IMG/VR virus record: IMGVR_UViG_3300045988_155520
Coordinates: 160,001-224,000 of that record
Length of the DNA: 64,000 nucleotides
Source: a virus
Strand: one strand, 5' to 3'
A program made the position numbers and the translations under genes. How positions within the stretch are numbered: position 1 is the stretch's first letter; every line of letters begins with the position of its first letter. Of the stretch, positions 18,008 through 25,801 are shown piece after piece. The notes under the pieces were generated by a model. That model was not told the origin of the DNA, did no database searches, and saw nothing but the letters and a program-made list of their open reading frames with translations.

Positions 18008-20488
18008 ATGGACGAAATAAGATTAATGTATAGCAAAGAATTGGATGAAGTTGTATTATATATGGAAACATCTATTCTTAATGAAATACCCTCCAAAGAG
18101 TTAACACCAGAACACTTCGTTCTTGCAATGTTAGATACAAAAAACTGTCATGCACACATGATTCTTGAAAGTTATTTAATGAACAACAACATAGTAAGTT
18201 TAAGAGAGTTGTTTGCTAACGCATTAACGGCATGTAATAACGAGATAAGTGGACTAACAAATAATATAATTGAAATTCCTTTCAGTAAAGAAATGAATAA
18301 ATTAATGGAAGATGCTGAGAATGAAAAAGAAATTACGAAAAGTAAAATTTTAGGTACTGAACATTTCCTTTTAGCATTACTAAATCCAGAATTGAATTTA
18401 AATAGCGGAAAAATTCTTAAAAGTGCTGGTATTGATTATAACAATATTTTGAGTAAATGTCAAAGCGAAACAAAAAATAGACATACTAAAAAACCGAAGA
18501 CTAAAAATAATAACATGAATATTCCTTCAAAAAGTGAAATTAATATTAAATCAGTTTCACCAAAAGATAATTTTATAAAGCAATATACTATCAATTTAAA
18601 TCAAATTATAAAAGATGGTAAAGTTGATAAAACAATCGGACGAGAAAAAGAACTTAAAATTATCATGCAGGTACTTTCAAGACGTAGAAAGAATAATGTA
18701 GTACTTGTAGGTAAAGGAGGTGTCGGAAAGACTTCAATTGTTTACGGTCTTGCAAAGTTAATTAACGAACATAAAGTACCAAGTGTATTAGACGGCAAAG
18801 AATTACTTCTACTCAATATTATGAGTATGGTATCGGGAACGAGTTTAAGAGGTATGTTTGAAGAACGAGTTAAAGGACTATTTGACGAATTGGAAAACAA
18901 TGACAAATATATCCTTGTTATTGACGATATGCAGATGGTACTTAAGAATGGTAATAAAGATAGAGATACAGACATTTCTGATAAAATTGGTAAGATTTTG
19001 GAAGACGGTAATGTTAGAGTCATAGGTACATTACCTTTTAAGGAATATCGTAATTGTGTTGAAAATAATACACAACTATCTCGTAAATTACAGAAAATTG
19101 TTATTGAACCAAACAATGCTTCTGAAACAATACAAATTATAAAAGAAAATAAAAAGTTTTACGAGGATTATCATAACACAATTTATAGTGATGAAATAAT
19201 CAAAAAAGCGGTTGAACTTTCTGAAAAGTATATAAACGACAGATGTTTGCCTGATTCTGCAATAGATGTGATTGACCTTGCTGGTGCTGGATTATGTCTA
19301 ACCAAAACGGAACCAGAAATGATTACTTCTACAAGAAGCCGTCTGCATGAGATTGCAAATGAAAAAAAGAAGTACATGAATAATGGTGAATGGGAACTTG
19401 TTGAAGTCTTAAATAAAGAAGAGAAGGCACTTAATCGTAAATTAACTGATTATAAGAGAGAACAAAAGAAAGATAATAAACATATAGTACCTATTACTGA
19501 AAATGATATTGCAAAAGTAATATCAGATATAACTGGAGTACCAGTAACCAAATTGTCAAGTAATGAGAAAACTAAAATCGCTCATATTGATAATATATTA
19601 AAGGAAAGTATTATAGGTCAAGATGAAGCCGTAGAAGCAATCTGTAAGGTTATTAAAAGAAATAAAGTAGGGCTTGGTGATAAAACAAAGACAATGTCAA
19701 ATATTCTTATGATGGGCCCTTCAGGTTGTGGTAAAACGTTGATTGCTAAGAAGTTAGCAGAAGAAATATTCGGTGATGAAAAATCATTAATACGCATTGA
19801 TATGTCTGAATATTCTGAGAAAAATTCAATTTCAAAACTTACAGGTGCATCTCCTGGTTATGTAGGATATGAAAATGGTGGACAATTAACCGAGGCAATT
19901 AAAAATAAGCAACACTGTGTCTTACTTTTAGATGAAATTGAAAAAGCTGACCAAGAAGTTTATAATCTGTTTTTACAATTATTCGATGATGGTAGATTAA
20001 CAGACTCATCTGGGCAACTTGTTAATTTTAAGAACGTTATTGTTTTAATGACATCAAATATCGGTGCTAAGCAAGCATCTGAGTTTGGAAAAAGCATTGG
20101 CTTTTCTACAAATGTTGGTAATAATAAGAAAGCCATCATTGAAAAAGAAATGAAAAGTAAATTTACACCAGAATTTCTTAATAGAATTGACCAAATTGTT
20201 TACTTTAATAGTTTAACAGATGATAACCTCAAAGGTATTACTGAATTAGAAATAAAGAAGTTCTCCAATAGAGTTAAACAAGCTGGTTATAATATAACAT
20301 ATACACCAAAGGTTGTTGATTTCATCTATCAAAAAGCAGTAAAACAGAAAGAGTATGGCGCTCGCCCAATTATTCGATTTGTACAAAACGAACTTGAAGA
20401 TAAGTTGACAGATGTAATCTTACTTGGGGATTATGAAAATGAGCATACATTTAATTTTGATTTCGAAAACGAATTAATCATTTCGTAA
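18008..20488 (+). CDS. ClpA/ClpC-like two-ring AAA+ unfoldase
   Basis: Clp_N repeats (EHFVLAMLD, TEHFLLALLN). D1 has GKGGVGKTS and LVIDDMQ. D2 has GPSGCGKT, LLLDEIEKA and GARPIIR. The KSIGFS loop at 20096..20104 aligns with the ClpA KSIGLI ClpP-docking loop. Confidence 0.85.
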   Translation: MDEIRLMYSKELDEVVLYMETSILNEIPSKELTPEHFVLAMLDTKNCHAHMILESYLMNNNIVSLRELFANALTACNNEISGLTNNIIEIPFSKEMNKLMEDAENEKEITKSKILGTEHFLLALLNPELNLNSGKILKSAGIDYNNILSKCQSETKNRHTKKPKTKNNNMNIPSKSEINIKSVSPKDNFIKQYTINLNQIIKDGKVDKTIGREKELKIIMQVLSRRRKNNVVLVGKGGVGKTSIVYGLAKLINEHKVPSVLDGKELLLLNIMSMVSGTSLRGMFEERVKGLFDELENNDKYILVIDDMQMVLKNGNKDRDTDISDKIGKILEDGNVRVIGTLPFKEYRNCVENNTQLSRKLQKIVIEPNNASETIQIIKENKKFYEDYHNTIYSDEIIKKAVELSEKYINDRCLPDSAIDVIDLAGAGLCLTKTEPEMITSTRSRLHEIANEKKKYMNNGEWELVEVLNKEEKALNRKLTDYKREQKKDNKHIVPITENDIAKVISDITGVPVTKLSSNEKTKIAHIDNILKESIIGQDEAVEAICKVIKRNKVGLGDKTKTMSNILMMGPSGCGKTLIAKKLAEEIFGDEKSLIRIDMSEYSEKNSISKLTGASPGYVGYENGGQLTEAIKNKQHCVLLLDEIEKADQEVYNLFLQLFDDGRLTDSSGQLVNFKNVIVLMTSNIGAKQASEFGKSIGFSTNVGNNKKAIIEKEMKSKFTPEFLNRIDQIVYFNSLTDDNLKGITELEIKKFSNRVKQAGYNITYTPKVVDFIYQKAVKQKEYGARPIIRFVQNELEDKLTDVILLGDYENEHTFNFDFENELIIS

Positions 20489-20495
20489 AACAAAA

Positions 20496-20521
20496 TGAAC
20501 GGGGCAATCAAACCCCGTTCA
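20496..20521. terminator. Hairpin between convergent genes
   Basis: TGAACGGGG-N8-CCCCGTTCA. Confidence 0.6.
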
Positions 20522-20529
20522 TAAAAATC

Positions 20530-20655
20530 TTAATACTCACATCCTACAAGTGCCACAACTATAAAGAAGAATATAATCAGGCATGTCTGGATAAAGAAAT
20601 AAGTTTTACAATACTTTTTGAAAAAAGATGCTACTTTTGAAAATAATTTCTTCAT
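20530..20655 (-). CDS. Small membrane peptide (41 aa)
   Basis: Below the track cutoff. My translation: MKKLFSKVASFFKKYCKTYFFIQTCLIIFFFIVVALVGCEY. Confidence 0.4.
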   Translation of the reverse strand: MKKLFSKVASFFKKYCKTYFFIQTCLIIFFFIVVALVGCEY

Positions 20656-20665
20656 GATATTTAAG

Positions 20666-20680
20666 TTTTAATATAAATAT
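20666..20680 (-). promoter_or_regulatory. Copy of the conserved 15-mer (sense ATATTTATATTAAAA)
   Basis: Lies 10 nt upstream of ATG 20655. Confidence 0.4.
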
Positions 20681-20776
20681 TGTATTTCAGACAAATATAC
20701 TAAATTACTCACCAAAATTATTGATTAAATTTATGTTAAAATATTTAATTGATTTGGGCGTTAAAAATATTTTTCA

Positions 20777-20784
20777 TATCTTTG
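20777..20784 (+). promoter_or_regulatory. Bacteroidota-type -7 box
   Basis: TATCTTTG, about 52 nt upstream of ATG 20837. Confidence 0.55.
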
Positions 20785-20836
20785 CAACCGTGTTAAAAAT
20801 TAATAGAAAACAGTTTTATAAACTATTTATCTTTAT

Positions 20837-21220
20837 ATGCATGACACAAAAATGAAGTTAAAACAATATAATAAACAACTTAACGAAGAATTTAGAAAAG
20901 AAGTATTAAGAGAGAGTTACTCTGATAAAGTGTCAGTAATTCAAAGTTTCTTAGATAAAAATTTTATTCGTGCAAAATATACAGGAGAAGATGATAATGG
21001 CATCCTTGTTAATATACCAATAGTCATACAAATGGACGAAAATGGACAACCATCCAAAAAGTCATTAACTGACCAACAATTATTCTATCTCCTACAAAAT
21101 AAATTTAAAACGATACTACCAAAAGAACATGGTAGAGATAAATTTATTATACAAGTATTAAAAGATTGGTACAGTCAGAAGATTACCAAATATGGTACTC
21201 TAACTAAATACGGCTTTTAA
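20837..21220 (+). CDS. Hypothetical protein (127 aa)
   Basis: ORF track. Confidence 0.65.
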   Translation: MHDTKMKLKQYNKQLNEEFRKEVLRESYSDKVSVIQSFLDKNFIRAKYTGEDDNGILVNIPIVIQMDENGQPSKKSLTDQQLFYLLQNKFKTILPKEHGRDKFIIQVLKDWYSQKITKYGTLTKYGF

Positions 21221-21318
21221 TTAATAAGAGGTCAAAACAGCACAGAACGGAGTCTCACACAGTGCTAAATTGTAAAACATAACTTAGGTTTTGATTTACA
21301 CCTCACTTAAAAATAAAA

Positions 21319-21756
21319 ATGATGAGAAATTACAAAAAATTATTTCTAATGGTTCTTTTTGCGATTCTGTCCACAACTACAGTAAACGCACAAAGTTGTT
21401 CACATGGATTTGATTGGTCACGTCTGATTGCTGCAATGATTCACATTGAAAGCAAAGGTCAAAACAATGCAAGAAATGGAAAATCATTAGGGGTACTTCA
21501 AATTACGCCATCAGCCGTAGCTGAATGTAACAACATTCTGAAAAAGAAGAAAATTAAGAAACGTTACACTCTTGAAGATAGAAGAGACCCTCAGAAGTCT
21601 AAGGAAATCTTTATTCACCTTCAAGAACATTTTAACCCAGAACATAGCTTTGAAAAAGCTACAAAATGCTGGAATCATGGTTTTTATGTAAAGAATATCA
21701 AAAGTTTACCTAATACATATTACCATAAAGTTATGAAACAAATGTCAAAAATGTAA
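21319..21756 (+). CDS. Secreted lytic transglycosylase (SLT-like) domain protein; possible endolysin
   Basis: Signal-peptide-like N-terminus MMRNYKKLFLMVLFAILSTTTVNA, and the motif IHIESKG...SLGVLQITP (E-S ... G-L-M-Q type). Confidence 0.6.
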   Translation: MMRNYKKLFLMVLFAILSTTTVNAQSCSHGFDWSRLIAAMIHIESKGQNNARNGKSLGVLQITPSAVAECNNILKKKKIKKRYTLEDRRDPQKSKEIFIHLQEHFNPEHSFEKATKCWNHGFYVKNIKSLPNTYYHKVMKQMSKM

Positions 21757-21763
21757 ATAACAG

Positions 21764-21793
21764 AAAAGATGATAGTTTTTTCTATCATCTTTT
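21764..21793. terminator. Bidirectional hairpin terminator
   Basis: AAAAGATGATA-N8-TATCATCTTTT. Confidence 0.65.
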
Positions 21794-21799
21794 TTTATT

Positions 21800-22522
21800 T
21801 TAATAACCAACAATCTTATCACCAACATTCTCTTTCCAACCTGGAATATCAATATTTTTATATGTTTCAACAGCTGCCATTGGAACTTCTATTCTATCAA
21901 TTCTTTCAAAAGTATCCAACTCAAATTCTGGTGGAATCAGACTTTGGAAACGTACAGAACCATTTTTACCGTTGTCAAGTGAATAAAAATTATAACCTAT
22001 TTTTTTTACTGAATGAGGAATTACTATTTTTTCAATATTTGTACGACCAAAAGAATAATTACCTATTTCTAAAACACCTTCAGGTATAGTAATTTCTTTC
22101 AAAGATTTACAGTTATCAAGTAATGAATCTGAAATTGTTTTGATGTTTTTAGGTAGTATAATATTTGTTAGTAGGGTATCAGATGTAAAACATGAAACTC
22201 CAATGTCTTCTATCGTATCAGGTAATATAATTTCTTTAAAACCTGCATAGGAGAACATACCCATATATAATTTTCTTCCATTGAATTTAGAAAAATCTAC
22301 TTGTGTAATCTTCTGATTTTTTTCCACATCTCCCCAATTACCTATGAAGAACCCATCTTTCAATTCACCATTCATGTCTAAAGTATTCCATCCAGGATGT
22401 AAAAATAATAAATTAGGTGATGAAAAATCAATAATATCTAAATTTCCTTTTAAAATAGGTACATCATCACTCCCCTCAACAAACAATCTAATTATATTCT
22501 CAACGACACGGTTATACCTCAC
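21800..22522 (-). CDS. BspA-type leucine-rich-repeat protein, main body (240 aa), out of frame with its own N-terminal exon
   Basis: LRR_5-like repeats (IILPDTIEDIGVSCF, IILPKNIKTISDSLLDNCKSLKEITIPEGVLEIGNYSF). The track start is a GTG inside the G-tract region. Confidence 0.75.
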   Translation of the reverse strand: MRYNRVVENIIRLFVEGSDDVPILKGNLDIIDFSSPNLLFLHPGWNTLDMNGELKDGFFIGNWGDVEKNQKITQVDFSKFNGRKLYMGMFSYAGFKEIILPDTIEDIGVSCFTSDTLLTNIILPKNIKTISDSLLDNCKSLKEITIPEGVLEIGNYSFGRTNIEKIVIPHSVKKIGYNFYSLDNGKNGSVRFQSLIPPEFELDTFERIDRIEVPMAAVETYKNIDIPGWKENVGDKIVGY

Positions 22523-22629
22523 ACCCCCCCCCCTTGAGCATCAGTACCTACAAATGGTTCCAAATATTCAGTTCCATCTACATAGGTCTGCAATTCATTT
22601 GCATTACCAAATAATTTTAAATGTTTCAT
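22519..22629 (-). CDS. N-terminal fragment (36 codons) of the same LRR gene
   Basis: My translation: MKHLKLFGNANELQTYVDGTEYLEPFVGTDAQGGGV*. Colinear with the N-terminus of paralog 34017..34727. Confidence 0.6.
   Translation of the reverse strand: MKHLKLFGNANELQTYVDGTEYLEPFVGTDAQGGGV
22524..22533 (-). repeat. G10 (C10 on the plus strand) homopolymer inside the LRR gene
   Basis: Counted directly. One extra G would fuse the two ORFs. Confidence 0.95.
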
Positions 22630-22636
22630 ATACTAC

Positions 22637-22653
22637 TTTTTAATTATAAATAT
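22637..22653 (-). promoter_or_regulatory. Copy of the conserved motif (sense ATATTTATAATTAAAAA)
   Basis: Lies 7 nt upstream of ATG 22629. Confidence 0.4.
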
Positions 22654-22702
22654 TTAACACATTTTTATAATATAATAATTTGTAATTACCATAATTTATT
22701 TG

Positions 22703-22710
22703 TATCTTTG
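22703..22710 (+). promoter_or_regulatory. Bacteroidota-type -7 box
   Basis: TATCTTTG, 22 nt upstream of ATG 22733. Confidence 0.6.
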
Positions 22711-22732
22711 CAAAAATAATAATATAAAGGTT

Positions 22733-23605
22733 ATGGAAGAAGAAAAACAAATTGGTTATCTCGTAGCACCTAATTTTAAGTAATATAAGACTGAATATAA
22801 AGAAGGTAAAGAACATAATTGTTTAGACAGCAATTTTTACAGATATGGTTATGCAGTTTATCGTAATTTGTTCGATTTGATAGCTGTAACAGATATTTCC
22901 ATTCATACATATTTCATGGTAGAATGCAGTGAAATAGATAAAGTACATAGCGACCCATTACATATAACTTGTAAGCACATTAAAGTTATAAAAGAAATTG
23001 CTATTGAAGATATCGCAGAAGACACTTCTGAATACCAAAAAGAATATGTTGAGAAGTTGGTAATAACATCTGATAAAGTAGCTCACGGTCAGATAACAAA
23101 TTCTGTAGATAGATGTATAATGACTATGCATAATGAATTAGGTTCGGTAAATAATAGTGGTTTATTTTGTGTGGTTAACCTTGATGGTTCAAGGTGTACT
23201 TGTAATCTTACCCGTAATAACAATATAGTTACTTCTAATGGTAAATCAAATAAAATTATTGCATCTGATACAGGTAATACATTCATTGTACGTGAAGAAG
23301 ATAATACTTTATCCATAACTGGTGGGTTTAATAATATTATTTCAACTGGTAAAAATAATAATATCTCATGTATTAGTGATACAAATAGAATAATATGTAA
23401 CGGAGAAAATAATATTGTTTATCTGCATGGAAATAATAATAAAATAAAAGCTACAGTAGGAACAACTATCATATATTCCGAACGTAATAACGAAAATGAG
23501 AAAGAACCTGCGACAGTAAAAACAATCTATGTTGATGGAGCTAATGTTAAACCAGATACGTGGTATATCATTGAAAATGGAGAAATCAAAGAATGTGATA
23601 AATGA
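22733..23605 (+). pseudogene. Paralog of 29425..30294, interrupted by an in-frame TAA at 22781..22783
   Basis: MEEEKQIGYLVAPNFK*YKTEYKEGKEHN... aligns with MVEKQTAYLVGSKDKDSSFYYEVGKEYKG... across the stop. The track ORF 22868..23605 is the downstream part. Confidence 0.55.
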
Positions 23606-23721
23606 ACAGATTCAAAAACTTGTTGTACAGCAACAATGTCAATACTTAAGAAATAAAATTGAAACTGAATTAGAACGTAAGAAAATTTTCAAAAAGTTAT
23701 AAACATTAAAAAATAAAAGTT

Positions 23722-24024
23722 ATGAATGAAAAATTATTGTCAGCAGAAGAACTAAAAGAAAAAGTAGTTAACGAAGTATCAAATCTAAAAAACGGAATTT
23801 ATAATTATTGTGAAAATATAATATCAAATTTAGAAAAAGAACTTATATTAGGAAAGTGTTGTGTTAAAATCAAATATAATCAAGATAAGATAAATTTTGT
23901 TAAACTAACATATATTATCCGTAAACTTAGAGAATTGGGTTATACAGTAGATTACTGTCAAGATAGTGAAAGAACAAGTGTAGATGAAGATACATATTTT
24001 TATGTTTTAACTGTAAGAGTATAA
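23722..24024 (+). CDS. Hypothetical protein (100 aa)
   Basis: ORF track. Confidence 0.6.
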   Translation: MNEKLLSAEELKEKVVNEVSNLKNGIYNYCENIISNLEKELILGKCCVKIKYNQDKINFVKLTYIIRKLRELGYTVDYCQDSERTSVDEDTYFYVLTVRV

Positions 24025-24026
24025 AA

Positions 24027-25346
24027 ATGGAAACATTTGAAAATATTAGAAAAGAGAGTAGATTATTATTTGAATACGTTAGAGGTAGTCATCTTTATGG
24101 ATTGAATAATGAAGACTCAGATTTAGATACTGGTGGATTGTTTATCTGTAATCCATCAGATTTAACAGGACTTGGACTTAATTATTCTCCACAGGTTGCA
24201 GATAGTAGAAATGACACAACGTGGTATGAATTAGGCAAGTATTTTCAAATGCTTCTTAAATCAAATGCAACTGTGCTTGAAACTCTGTTTATACCAGAGG
24301 ATAAAATGATTTTAAAGCCATCCCCTGTTCTTGATGAGTTATTTGCAAATAAAGATAAATTCATTACCAAGCAGTGTTTTAAACCTTTCGTTGCTTATTC
24401 TTTAGAACAAATTAGAAAAGCACGTGGACTTAATAAGAAGATTGTTAATCCAGTTACCAAGCGTTTAAAGCCAATGGATTTCTGTTATACATTCAAAGAC
24501 CAAGGTAGTACTAAAATGGAATATTGGCTGGAATATAGAGGTATGAAACAGGAATATTGTGGTCTTGTTAAAATACCTAATATGGAGGGTATCTATGGCG
24601 TTTATTACGACTGGGGACAACACTTTCAAAGGGAAGGAGTTGAAGACAAAAATTTCGAGGGTTGTTATATACGTCTATTTAACACAAAAGATATTATTAC
24701 ACGTTTAAAGGAAGCACAAGCTAATAATAATCAAGCAGGTATAGAAATAGAAACCCGTCTTCTTAAACGCTCTTATATGCAAAATATGGCTCAGTTTATC
24801 ATGAACTATACCAATATTGACGATTGGGATGATTTCCTGTGGTGGTTTCGTGTAAATCAAACACCTAAAGGATATAAAGGCATTGTGCGAGAAAATTCAA
24901 ATGAAATGGTCCTATCACCAGTAGCTAAGGGAGAGAAACCAATATGCTACATGTCTTTCAATTCTAACGGATATTCAGCTCATTGTGCAGACTATAAACA
25001 TTATAAAGATTGGGAAGAAAAGCGTAACGAGAAGAGATATCAATCCAATCTTACAAAGAACTATGATTCTAAAAATATGATGCATAGTTTCCGTTTAATT
25101 CAAATGGGTCTTGAAATTGCAAGTGGAGAAGGGGTAAATCTTGACAGAAATAAGATTGGAGATAGAGATTTGCTTATGAATATTAGAAATCATAAATATG
25201 AGTATGATGAACTTATGGATATGATTGATAAAAAGAAAGCAGAAATGGACAAAGCAATGAAAAATTCTACTCTTCCAGAAACTATAGATGTACAAATGGT
25301 CGAAGATATTCTGCAAAATATCAGAAAGAAACAAATGATTGTATAG
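24027..25346 (+). CDS. Pol-beta-type nucleotidyltransferase of the RlaP-like (PF10127-like) kind
   Basis: The N-terminal LFEYVRGSHLYGLNNEDSDLDTGGLF matches the GSxxYG...DSDxD signature as I recall it. Confidence 0.55.
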   Translation: METFENIRKESRLLFEYVRGSHLYGLNNEDSDLDTGGLFICNPSDLTGLGLNYSPQVADSRNDTTWYELGKYFQMLLKSNATVLETLFIPEDKMILKPSPVLDELFANKDKFITKQCFKPFVAYSLEQIRKARGLNKKIVNPVTKRLKPMDFCYTFKDQGSTKMEYWLEYRGMKQEYCGLVKIPNMEGIYGVYYDWGQHFQREGVEDKNFEGCYIRLFNTKDIITRLKEAQANNNQAGIEIETRLLKRSYMQNMAQFIMNYTNIDDWDDFLWWFRVNQTPKGYKGIVRENSNEMVLSPVAKGEKPICYMSFNSNGYSAHCADYKHYKDWEEKRNEKRYQSNLTKNYDSKNMMHSFRLIQMGLEIASGEGVNLDRNKIGDRDLLMNIRNHKYEYDELMDMIDKKKAEMDKAMKNSTLPETIDVQMVEDILQNIRKKQMIV

Positions 25347-25407
25347 TTGGAATTTAATATTTTAGAATTATTAACTATTAATTCTTCAGGATTACTAATT
25401 TAATCAG

Positions 25408-25415
25408 TATCTTTG
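25408..25415 (+). promoter_or_regulatory. Bacteroidota-type -7 box
   Basis: TATCTTTG, 27 nt upstream of ATG 25443. Confidence 0.6.
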
Positions 25416-25442
25416 CATTGTAATTTTAATAAATAAGAAAAT

Positions 25443-25751
25443 ATGAAATACGAAAGATTTAGAGAAGTAATTAATGTCATTGTTAAGGAAATGAATGAAG
25501 ATGCAATGACAAAGTTTGAAAATAGTGCTGCAGAGCTAAATATGACAGATAAGGAATATGCTAAGCATATCGGTTTGTCTGATGATGAATTTAAGGCACT
25601 TGTCAGTGGGAATTGCTCCATTTCCACATTTGCGACTGTTATGTCAAATGCTGGATATGTTTTGGATGTCAAGACATTTAGCGAGGCTGGATTCCCAGAA
25701 GATGAATACTATGTGATTGACAAGCCAACGACTAATGATGTAACAGAGTAA
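25443..25751 (+). CDS. Possible XRE-like HTH protein (102 aa)
   Basis: MTDKEYAKHIGLSDDEFKALVSGNCSISTFATVMSNAGY resembles an HTH_XRE layout. Confidence 0.4.
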   Translation: MKYERFREVINVIVKEMNEDAMTKFENSAAELNMTDKEYAKHIGLSDDEFKALVSGNCSISTFATVMSNAGYVLDVKTFSEAGFPEDEYYVIDKPTTNDVTE

Positions 25752-25801
25752 ATAATTAAAAGAAGTTGGGCAAGTTGCTCAGCTTCTTATCTTTATAATA
25801 T

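Noticed and set aside
21221-21318. Possible structured RNA or tRNA between 20837..21220 and the SLT gene (TCAAAAC...GTTTTGA enclosing an AGCAC/GTGCT hairpin)
   Set aside because: The stems are short and there is no tRNA cloverleaf or T-loop consensus. It is most simply a weak terminator. No tRNA-like sequence was seen anywhere in the window.
23577-23702. 41-codon ORF (MEKSKNVINEQIQKLVVQQQCQYLRNKIETELERKKIFKKL) overlapping the 3' end of 22868..23605
   Set aside because: It is plausibly a real coiled-coil peptide, but it is too short and lacks independent support (no promoter or paralog). It is left uncalled.
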